A stretch of DNA of 20,000 bases from an uncultured virus (IMG/VR IMGVR_UViG_3300008050_000035) (Duplodnaviria; Heunggongvirae; Uroviricota; Caudoviricetes): positions 54,974-74,973 of the IMG/VR virus record IMGVR_UViG_3300008050_000035; one strand, 5' to 3'. The first letter of the stretch is position 1; every line of letters starts with the position of its first letter. Positions 13,707 to 20,000 of this stretch are shown piece after piece. The notes below the pieces were generated by a model. The model was not told where the DNA came from. It made no database searches and was given only the letters and a program-made list of their open reading frames with translations. Made by a program: the position numbers and the translations under genes.

Positions 13707-14030
13707 ACAACCAACAACACACTGCCTTGGCGCACAGCCGGATCTCTTCGGAACAACACAGTCAAGATCGTAGACAGGCGTGCAGCCTACGACTCAAACT
13801 GCGAGCGTGCCTGCGGCGAATGCGCGGAGTGCAATCGGGCCTGGAACAAGGCTGAAGTCTTCAAGCAAGATCGTGCTGACCTGCACATCCGCATGTGGCG
13901 TGAGCGTGGTGGGCTTATTCCCAACGCGATCGTAGGCTTTGTGCCCTTTGGGCAGAAGAGCTGTGGGTGCATAAGACATTTAGAAGATTGCATGTGTAGG
14001 ATGGTGATAGAAGGTGACATTACGTTCTAA
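13704..14030 (+). CDS. Cys-rich hypothetical protein, possibly metal-binding (108 aa)
   Basis: Start after SD hairpin; CERACGECAEC and CGCIRHLEDCMC clusters. Confidence 0.8.
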   Translation: MTTNNTLPWRTAGSLRNNTVKIVDRRAAYDSNCERACGECAECNRAWNKAEVFKQDRADLHIRMWRERGGLIPNAIVGFVPFGQKSCGCIRHLEDCMCRMVIEGDITF

Positions 14031-14035
14031 GCCTT

Positions 14036-14105
14036 GAGAAGGTAGCCCGCTGGAGGCTACCTTCTCTTTTATGGCACTTACGCCATGATCAAGGAGATCA
14101 ACATG
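14036..14105 (+). promoter_or_regulatory. Intergenic cassette element copy 4
   Basis: Perfect 12-bp GAGAAGGTAGCC-CGCTGGA-GGCTACCTTCTC, TTTT, ATGGC-ACTTAC-GCCAT, TGATC-AAGGA-GATCA, ATG 14103. Confidence 0.85.
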
Positions 14106-14396
14106 ACAAAGAACATTACCCTCGCCCTAGCCCTCACTGGTTGCGGCGATGCAACCTATGGCAAATATGAAGACTCGTTTAAGGAAGTCGACGAATCCAG
14201 AGTCCAGGTCGAAGTGCTAAGCACTCAGTGTGATTTGATAGACTTAAGCTACGATAGCACGCTAATCATAAGTGCTACCCACTGGACCAGCAACGGACTT
14301 CGAGAGCCGATAGGAGGCTGGTGGGAGGGTGAGAACGGAAACGTTCTGCTTCAAGGCTGCGAAGCCAACGTGGAGATCGTTTGGCTTGAACGGTAG
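14103..14396 (+). CDS. Putative lipoprotein (97 aa)
   Basis: MTKNITLALALTG|C: basic residue, short hydrophobic region, lipobox LTGC. Confidence 0.65.
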   Translation: MTKNITLALALTGCGDATYGKYEDSFKEVDESRVQVEVLSTQCDLIDLSYDSTLIISATHWTSNGLREPIGGWWEGENGNVLLQGCEANVEIVWLER

Positions 14397-14402
14397 GCAG
14401 TT

Positions 14403-14466
14403 GAAGGGTGGTGCAAGCCACCCTTCTCTTTTATGGCAATCAAGCCATGTCCTGGAGGACATTATG
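14403..14466 (+). promoter_or_regulatory. Intergenic cassette element copy 5
   Basis: GAAGGGTGGT-GCAA-GCCACCCTTC, TCTTTT, ATGGC-AATCAA-GCCAT, ATGTCC-TGGA-GGACAT, ATG 14464. Confidence 0.9.
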
Positions 14467-14598
14467 ACCAAGACCGATATCGCTACAACCCTCGCTGTTG
14501 GGGCATTCTTCTTCCTGTTCGTCGGGATTCCCACTGATGACGGCCTGTACTTCGGCTACTTCTGGAAGCTCGCCCTCTGGCTCAGTGAGGTGATGTAG
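14464..14598 (+). CDS. Small membrane protein (44 aa)
   Basis: ATG after SD hairpin; hydrophobic LAVGAFFFLFVGI; stop overlaps the next GTG. Confidence 0.75.
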   Translation: MTKTDIATTLAVGAFFFLFVGIPTDDGLYFGYFWKLALWLSEVM

Positions 14599-14978
14599 TG
14601 AGGAACAGCAGGTCTGTCCTGTGGTTTGCCGCAGGGTGTCTGCTGTTCATGCCTGCATTCACCCCTATGATGGTCGACGTTCAGTTGACTGTCTGGATGT
14701 TCGTGGTGGACATGATCAAGCCCAACCCAGCACTGCTCTTCGGCTCCCTGTTCTACTGGCCTGTGCTCATCGCACTTACAGGCTGGTACTGGGTGTGGAG
14801 GGCAGTACGATGGGTCTTCGGCGATGAAGGACCTCTCCCCAGGTTCTTCAAGCTGTTGGGGATAATGTGGGCTCCTGTCTATGTTATCCCCGGCATCGTC
14901 ATCATCAGTCTCCTGGGTTGGCTCATATGCTTCTACAAGGCATATGAGATCCACCTGGGGGACAAGAAGGATTCGTGA
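14598..14978 (+). CDS. Multi-pass membrane protein (126 aa)
   Basis: GAGG(T) SD, GTG start; 3-4 hydrophobic segments. Confidence 0.75.
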   Translation: MRNSRSVLWFAAGCLLFMPAFTPMMVDVQLTVWMFVVDMIKPNPALLFGSLFYWPVLIALTGWYWVWRAVRWVFGDEGPLPRFFKLLGIMWAPVYVIPGIVIISLLGWLICFYKAYEIHLGDKKDS

Positions 14979-15280
14979 GTACAAGACATGTCCGCGAGTA
15001 CTGTTCGCACTGCAGGTGTGAGCAGTGGTGCACACTTAAGGGATGGGGCCTCTACTGTGATGCGAAGGATCACTTCGTTCGTAGTAAGAGGGCCGCCAAG
15101 AGGAAGGCTCCTACATCCACAAGTATGTACAAGGATGTGCGCGGACACATTAACGATACATTCAATGGGCGTGGGACCTACACCTGGGATGAGCTGATCA
15201 TCTGGTGTACTCGCACACACTTCAATGACCTCAAAGGCTTCTGCGAGGACATGAGGGAGGTAGAATGTTCTACGTCGTGA
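14975..15280 (+). CDS. Hypothetical protein with N-terminal zinc-ribbon-like motif (101 aa)
   Basis: GTGA overlap, AAGGA SD; CSHC...YCDAKDH. Confidence 0.75.
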   Translation: MSTRHVREYCSHCRCEQWCTLKGWGLYCDAKDHFVRSKRAAKRKAPTSTSMYKDVRGHINDTFNGRGTYTWDELIIWCTRTHFNDLKGFCEDMREVECSTS

Positions 15281-15399
15281 ATCAGTACGACGAAGAGACT
15301 GACCTGAAAGCTACGAGCTGGAAGGAAGCTTACAAAGAGGTTCGGGAGATGTTCCCGCACTTCTACGGAAAGCTGAACTCAATCATCTTCAAGAGATAG
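15265..15399 (+). CDS. Small hypothetical protein (44 aa, MFYVVNQYDEETDLKATSWKEAYKEVREMFPHFYGKLNSIIFKR)
   Basis: Below the ORF-track cutoff; GGGAGGT SD just upstream; ends 5 nt before cassette copy 6. Confidence 0.75.
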   Translation: MFYVVNQYDEETDLKATSWKEAYKEVREMFPHFYGKLNSIIFKR

Positions 15400-15404
15400 C
15401 ATTG

Positions 15405-15469
15405 GAAGGGCACTAGAAGGTGCCCTTCTCTTTTATGGCAATTCCTGCCATGTCCTGGAGGACATTATG
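15405..15469 (+). promoter_or_regulatory. Intergenic cassette element copy 6
   Basis: GAAGGGCACT-AGAA-GGTGCCCTTC, TCTTTT, ATGGCA-ATTCC-TGCCAT, ATGTCC-TGGA-GGACAT, ATG 15467. Confidence 0.9.
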
Positions 15470-15742
15470 CGTAACAGTACAACAGATCGCCTCGGTGCAG
15501 AGATCACCAATCAGTGGCGTGCGTTCAAGGGCACAAAGGCAGAGTTCATGGCTCAGCTGGAAGGCGTCACTTTGGACCAGCAAGTCATTACGTACGTCAA
15601 TCCGCTGATGAAGCACATCAAGCAGCAGTTCATGCCATGGGCAGCTGGGATGGAGATCAGCTTCTACTGCACCATCGTCCGTGGCCGCAGCTTGATCAGC
15701 GTATACAGCTATGGCGACAGTGACTGGCATTGCAAGTACTGA
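15467..15742 (+). CDS. Hypothetical protein (91 aa)
   Basis: Bounded by cassette copies 6 and 7; strong SD. Confidence 0.85.
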   Translation: MRNSTTDRLGAEITNQWRAFKGTKAEFMAQLEGVTLDQQVITYVNPLMKHIKQQFMPWAAGMEISFYCTIVRGRSLISVYSYGDSDWHCKY

Positions 15743-15755
15743 GATAACATTGAGC

Positions 15756-15932
15756 GGGGGCCTTCGGGCTCCCCTCTCTTTTATGGTACTCCGCTTTGGA
15801 CCTGATGGTCCGGGACTCCGCTGTCCGAGATGACTAGAGGACCAACCATCAGGAGGGGCGTGGCTCGCGCAGCTCGCCTTCTTCAAGGATTTCGCGCACT
15901 AACGTCCAACATGCTGGAGGGCATAATTCATG
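15756..15932 (+). promoter_or_regulatory. Intergenic cassette element copy 7 with a ~147-nt structured leader before the RNA polymerase gene
   Basis: GGGGGCC-TTCG-GGCTCCC, CTCTCTTTT, ATGGT; CCTGATGGT/ACCATCAGG stem; ATGCT-GGAG-GGCAT SD hairpin; ATG 15930. Confidence 0.8.
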
Positions 15933-18900
15933 GACAGACCAACCAACGAAGAGCGCTATAACGCGTTCGCCAAGAACAACATCATCAGCAACCACATGGA
16001 CCTCGTATGGGGCATCATGGTTGGCTTCGACCTGGCACCAAGTGTCAGGACATACTGCGCAGCGCTAGGAGAGGACTTTGAAGTAGAGGCTCTCGAGCAT
16101 GACCCCATGGGTAAGCTCATCCTTAATCACGTAAGCGATCTGTGGGAGCAGCGGAAGGCCGAGAAGCTGGAGAAGAGGTGGGCCAAGGAGGTGCGGCGTG
16201 TTGCACGTCGCGCCGCATACGCTGACGCTTCGGAGATCAAGGCGAGTAGTCGTCGTGATGGCACCGTGCGATTCTCCTTCGATACTGCCATGGCCTGCAT
16301 GGGCCTCATGGCAGAAATCCTCAACTACGAGGGTGTCTCTCAAGAAGAGCCTGTGGTTCTGAATTTACTTAATCGCCTCCCCTTCGTCAAGAACGAGAAG
16401 GGTAAAGAAACTACCAGACAGCATGATGTTCCTATTAGTGAAGCTGAGAACTTCGGCACCTGTGGTTACGAGCTATACCAGCTCAAGACCCTATGGAACT
16501 CGAAGATCACCGAACTGTGGGACATCTTCGAACGTTGCCTTCCTACCGCAATTGATCGAAGCAGCTATCATCGTCGGATGCGTGCTCCACTCATCCCCGG
16601 CGGCTTCTTGGCTGCGCAGCGCGTCCGCGTCGGCGAACTGCATGTGCGTGGCAAGTCCATGCAGGCTGATGGTAGTGGGTGGTATGATCCTCACCACGAG
16701 GACATGGCTGACCTCATGGCAGAGTACGGTCCTGTCGGACTGCAGTACACTGCCGTCAACCCCATCACCGGTCACTTCTTCAAGGGTATCATATACCCAA
16801 TGGAGAGTATGAATGACTGCGGTGAAGACACTGCGGCCATCCAATTCGACCATCTGCAGGTCAAGGGCGCCAAGAAGGCTGCCCACAAGACGCTTGCCAA
16901 ACTTGATCCTCGCGGACTGCTGGCCGGCGCATTCATGCTTGACGGTGTTCACATCGGCATCATGAAGGCCAAGACCACGATCGGTAAAGTCTCGGGCTGC
17001 TTCGAGACCTTGGAGAACATTGGCCCTAACCCTGCTCACTATGAGAAGGGAAAGGGCAGTGCCAAGTACATCCGCGATAAGCTTCGTGTGGCTAAACTCA
17101 TCGCAAGTCTGACTGCTGAGTCAGTCAATGCCATTGGTGAGCTTGGCCCACAAGGCCTGCTCGGTCGTGCCACCCGTGACGATCCTCACCTGCGTCGTTT
17201 GGCAGAGTTCATCGCTCTGGCAAACGGCAAGGGAGCGGGCATCAACCCGCTCGGCATTCCGCTGCTGGCTTCTAAGCTGCGGGAGAGCTTGAGTCGTCGC
17301 ATGTGGGGTCCTGCCAATGGTGCAGGTATCGATGGCAAGTACCCGATGGTCGTGATTGACGCAACCCTGAAGCCAGGGACCTGCGTCATCGCTGGCTACA
17401 AGACCGGCACCAAGCTCGCATGCTGGCGTTTCCCCACCGTTCTCGCCCAGTCCTTGCTGGTTCTCGAGGTCGTTGGTGGCAAGCGTCATCACCGCGTGGA
17501 TGATAAGGTTGTTCGCAACCTCATATACATGAACCCGCATGACATCACGACATGTCAGCAGGGTGACGACGACGGAGATGAAGTAGGTATCTCCGATGAC
17601 CCACGAGTCATCGAGTTGTTCAATCATAAGATCGACAACGGTGTCTACCACATCGAGCCCACGTCTGAGAAGCTCGTTCACCTAGCCAGGGAGCCAAAGG
17701 GCAAGGAATATTTACGAAAGAACCCAATGGGGCCAGTTGGTCGCATCACTATCTGGCGTGCAGCTCTGCTCGCCGTTGGCGATTATCAACTGGCACGTGC
17801 CTTCAGTGTCCTCATCCAAGAGGCCATTGACATGCAGAAGAACATCGTCCGCATGACACACCCCCTAAAGGCCTCCAACCTTAACAACTGGTACAAGAAT
17901 CGTAATGGTGAGTATCACATCCACTACAAGTGCAACGGCAGTGCAAACTGTCTCTGCACCGAGCGAGTGGATGGGAAGTGTCCCAATAAGGATAGCGGCT
18001 ACCTGACGGACAACTGGCTCCAGGAAGAGCCAGGTTTCGACATGGACGTAGTTGAGGATGTCTACAAGAACGCCCTCATTAGTGCGGGTTGCAGCAGAGT
18101 CGTAAAGACCAAGGGTGGCGGGACGAAAGTCATCGCCGGCTGGCCTCTTGGCTGGCGTAACCAGGCTCGCATCATCGAGCTCGGAGACGGCAAGAAGGGT
18201 GAAAACCCTATCCGAAAGGCAGTGGCTCTAGACAACTGGAAGTCCTGGCGCGAGAAACAGGATGGTGAGTTCAGTAACTGGGTCCACGTGGCCCACGACC
18301 TGGCCATGATTCGCTGGCGCCAATGGCACGACAGCTTCAAAGTGTCAGAGGAAGTACCTACCAAGGACGTCCTCCACAAGATTCTAACTGCCCTGGGCTC
18401 CCCGCTCAAGCCACTACCAATCACGTGGCAGCAATACGCAGAGAAGTCGCACAGGAGTAATCCTGACCCCCTCCGGGTCCGTGCTGGCATCATTGCCTAT
18501 GGCGCTGATATGAAGCGGATTCGTACCGAGGGAACCAAGGATGAGGGAAACCTCACTGGTCCAGTCGACGAATCAGCGAGAATGGCTAGGATTGACAACA
18601 TCAGGGCTCACCTGGAGCTAGCGCTCAGCAACCTTAGTCCCCAAGAGCTTCTCACCGTATGGGAGAAGGAACTGACGGACTGCTGGTACTACGGTAGGCA
18701 GGGTAAGCCTAAGTGTTACACAACAGACAAGAAGTCCATTCCAGAAGGAGTGAAGTTCTACACAGCAAACAAGCCCAACTACGCCTTCATGGCCCTGTGT
18801 TCCAGACACTCGGCAATCATGAAGGTCTTGGGCATGGAAGCTTCAGAAGCCTGCAGCTGGACCAACGAGAAGCGTTTAGTGTCGTACGTGAAGTGGTGCC

Positions 18901-19202
18901 GCGCCCAACCTGACAGCTACAAGGCTCTCTCAACGATTATCCGAGGCAACAAGGGTCATCTGAGGGATGTCCACGATGAGAACGGCAAGCATCTGCATCT
19001 CACTGAGTGCAAAGAATGCACATCTCGGCTCGAAACCGCGCTGGTTCGCTCTATCCGGAGTGACCGCACGGCAGACGAACAGGAGAAGACAAAGACTCTC
19101 ATCAGCGCAATGAATAAGCTTCCACACGAAACTGTGGAAGGCACCCAGCAAGAAGAGCCTGCGTACGTAGAAGTGTACATAGATGACAATCCATACGGTT
19201 AG
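15930..19202 (+). CDS. Single-subunit two-barrel (double-psi beta-barrel) RNA polymerase, YonO-like / cellular RdRP (QDE-1)-like (1090 aa)
   Basis: Motifs in canonical order: ADGSG (aa ~246), FKG (K285), WRFP (R500), GDDDGD = DxDGD (aa 546-550, nt 17565-17579), VGRIT, QEAIDMQK (D634). Confidence 0.85.
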   Translation: MDRPTNEERYNAFAKNNIISNHMDLVWGIMVGFDLAPSVRTYCAALGEDFEVEALEHDPMGKLILNHVSDLWEQRKAEKLEKRWAKEVRRVARRAAYADASEIKASSRRDGTVRFSFDTAMACMGLMAEILNYEGVSQEEPVVLNLLNRLPFVKNEKGKETTRQHDVPISEAENFGTCGYELYQLKTLWNSKITELWDIFERCLPTAIDRSSYHRRMRAPLIPGGFLAAQRVRVGELHVRGKSMQADGSGWYDPHHEDMADLMAEYGPVGLQYTAVNPITGHFFKGIIYPMESMNDCGEDTAAIQFDHLQVKGAKKAAHKTLAKLDPRGLLAGAFMLDGVHIGIMKAKTTIGKVSGCFETLENIGPNPAHYEKGKGSAKYIRDKLRVAKLIASLTAESVNAIGELGPQGLLGRATRDDPHLRRLAEFIALANGKGAGINPLGIPLLASKLRESLSRRMWGPANGAGIDGKYPMVVIDATLKPGTCVIAGYKTGTKLACWRFPTVLAQSLLVLEVVGGKRHHRVDDKVVRNLIYMNPHDITTCQQGDDDGDEVGISDDPRVIELFNHKIDNGVYHIEPTSEKLVHLAREPKGKEYLRKNPMGPVGRITIWRAALLAVGDYQLARAFSVLIQEAIDMQKNIVRMTHPLKASNLNNWYKNRNGEYHIHYKCNGSANCLCTERVDGKCPNKDSGYLTDNWLQEEPGFDMDVVEDVYKNALISAGCSRVVKTKGGGTKVIAGWPLGWRNQARIIELGDGKKGENPIRKAVALDNWKSWREKQDGEFSNWVHVAHDLAMIRWRQWHDSFKVSEEVPTKDVLHKILTALGSPLKPLPITWQQYAEKSHRSNPDPLRVRAGIIAYGADMKRIRTEGTKDEGNLTGPVDESARMARIDNIRAHLELALSNLSPQELLTVWEKELTDCWYYGRQGKPKCYTTDKKSIPEGVKFYTANKPNYAFMALCSRHSAIMKVLGMEASEACSWTNEKRLVSYVKWCRAQPDSYKALSTIIRGNKGHLRDVHDENGKHLHLTECKECTSRLETALVRSIRSDRTADEQEKTKTLISAMNKLPHETVEGTQQEEPAYVEVYIDDNPYG

Positions 19203-19290
19203 GCGTGCGTAGCACGCCGTATTGGGCGAGTGGGTCGTGCCGCTCGTCCTCCAGCCTGAGTGTGGGCCCAAACGGGCCCCCTCTTTATTT
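19202..19290 (+). terminator. Three tandem hairpins ending in a pyrimidine/U tract after the RNAP gene (degenerate copy 8)
   Basis: GGCGTGC-GTA-GCACGCC; GGGCGAGTGG-N6-CCGCTCGTCC; GGGCCC-AAAC-GGGCCC then CCTCTTTATTT. Confidence 0.65.
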
Positions 19291-19307
19291 ACAACCAATG
19301 AGAACCA

Positions 19308-19751
19308 ATGAGAGCAACCTACGAGAAGACGTTCAACGTCATCGTAGTAGAACTCTCTGCAGAAGAGGCCGAGAAGTACTGCGCAGCAGAAATAAGTGAA
19401 AGACATATGGACCTTGAGAAGCAGGGAAACACCTACTATTACACAATTCCATGCGGGAACAGATTCTACCAAATGACTCAGCGTCAAAAGGGTGGTATTC
19501 AACCATGGGGGCCTGACTACCTTCGTCAGGCTATAAGAGCAGCCGTGGCAAACAGGTTCGTAGCCTGGGAAAGCCAAACGGGCCAAGAACAATTCAAGAA
19601 ATACAAGTCCGAGTGGAATAAAGTGTTCCAAAGTCTACTCCGGAACGTACGCTTGAAATTCCCAACGGGTCGGCACCCACGTGGCCGACTCAACAAGAGT
19701 GAGTACAAGTTTCGCGAGCAATGGCGAGATAAATACGTTTGTAGCCGATAG
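19308..19751 (+). CDS. Hypothetical basic protein (147 aa)
   Basis: ORF fills the interval between two terminator-like elements; weak SD. Confidence 0.75.
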   Translation: MRATYEKTFNVIVVELSAEEAEKYCAAEISERHMDLEKQGNTYYYTIPCGNRFYQMTQRQKGGIQPWGPDYLRQAIRAAVANRFVAWESQTGQEQFKKYKSEWNKVFQSLLRNVRLKFPTGRHPRGRLNKSEYKFREQWRDKYVCSR

Positions 19752-19763
19752 CTACAAGAATAT

Positions 19764-19812
19764 GGGGTCCGTAGGACCCCTTATTTTATGACTCAGTCCA
19801 GGAGGGAAAATG
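19764..19812 (+). promoter_or_regulatory. Intergenic cassette element copy 9 (degenerate)
   Basis: GGGGTCC-GTA-GGACCCC, TTATTTT, ATGAC..GTCC-AGGAGGG, ATG 19810. Confidence 0.7.
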
Positions 19813-20000
19813 CCCATCAAAGTCGCGCACAACCTGCACTCACCATACTCAATGACTAACTTCAAAGTCATTGAGCTTTCACCAGAAACCCTTGCTAAGC
19901 TTCTCGGCAACTTGGCAGCGAAGCACGGCTTGTATGGTCAGGCACCAAACGAAGATGTAACCATTATGGGTTACATCTTCAACAACGGCATCGCAGTTAA
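19810..20000 (+). CDS. Hypothetical protein, truncated by window edge (MPIKVAHNLHSPYSMTNFKVIELSPE...)
   Basis: AGGAGG SD; frame open to 20000. Confidence 0.75.
   Translation, partial: MPIKVAHNLHSPYSMTNFKVIELSPETLAKLLGNLAAKHGLYGQAPNEDVTIMGYIFNNGIAV

Noticed and set aside
12211..14463. Longer ORF-track starts at 12211, 12853, 13671, 14085 and 14329
   Set aside because: These extensions translate regulatory elements; SD-supported starts are 12274, 12943, 13704, 14103 and 14464.
12855..15790. Recurring palindromic repeats as a CRISPR array
   Set aside because: Repeats vary in sequence, intervening segments are whole genes of 300-950 bp, and no cas genes are present.
12853..15790. TTGAAA/TTGAGA/TTGAAG before H1 as a sigma70 -35 paired with TTTTAT/TATGGC as -10
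   Set aside because: Distance from TTG to ATGG is 32-37 nt and variable, incompatible with a 16-18 bp spacer; no good -10 at the proper distance.
12855..15790. Integron attC sites
   Set aside because: No RYYYAAC/GTTRRRY boxes, no integrase in the window, and the loops are RNA-type (GNRA, UUCG).
15801..15853. Hammerhead ribozyme suggested by CTGATG
   Set aside because: Sequence is CTGATGG rather than CTGANGA, no GAAA core follows, and the segment is paired in a stem.
16065..19631. Several long minus-strand ORFs (e.g. 16491..17039, 17121..17681, 18930..19631)
   Set aside because: Antisense to the RNAP and the next gene; expected from codon bias; no RBS or motifs.
1..20000. Stop-codon reassignment, or an intein in terL/RNAP
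   Set aside because: TAA, TAG and TGA all end genes with tight packing under the standard code; no intein terminal motifs interrupt the conserved motifs.

Overview
Window of a large tailed dsDNA bacteriophage genome spanning a divergent junction. Left half (1-~11235, minus strand): tightly packed late/packaging genes, including a terminase large subunit (2544-4823), a small upstream gene resembling a degenerate copy of the terminase ATPase domain, Gly/Ala-rich basic proteins, a DEDDh-exonuclease/thermonuclease fusion and a possible terminase small subunit. Right half (~11420-20000, plus strand): early-type region. It opens with a ~690-nt ORF-free, densely structured segment containing a chain of 4-5 abutting H-type pseudoknots with compensatory base changes and many GGA motifs. 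Short orphan genes follow, separated by a recurring three-part element (GC hairpin - TCTTTT - ATGGC..GCCAT hairpin - hairpin carrying the Shine-Dalgarno GGAGG - ATG). The same element precedes a 1090-aa single-subunit two-barrel RNA polymerase of the YonO/cellular-RdRP type (DxDGD). The best candidate new system is this combination of phage RNAP, modular expression cassettes and a large pseudoknotted ncRNA. All calls come from manual motif and base-pair reading; no searches or folding programs were run.
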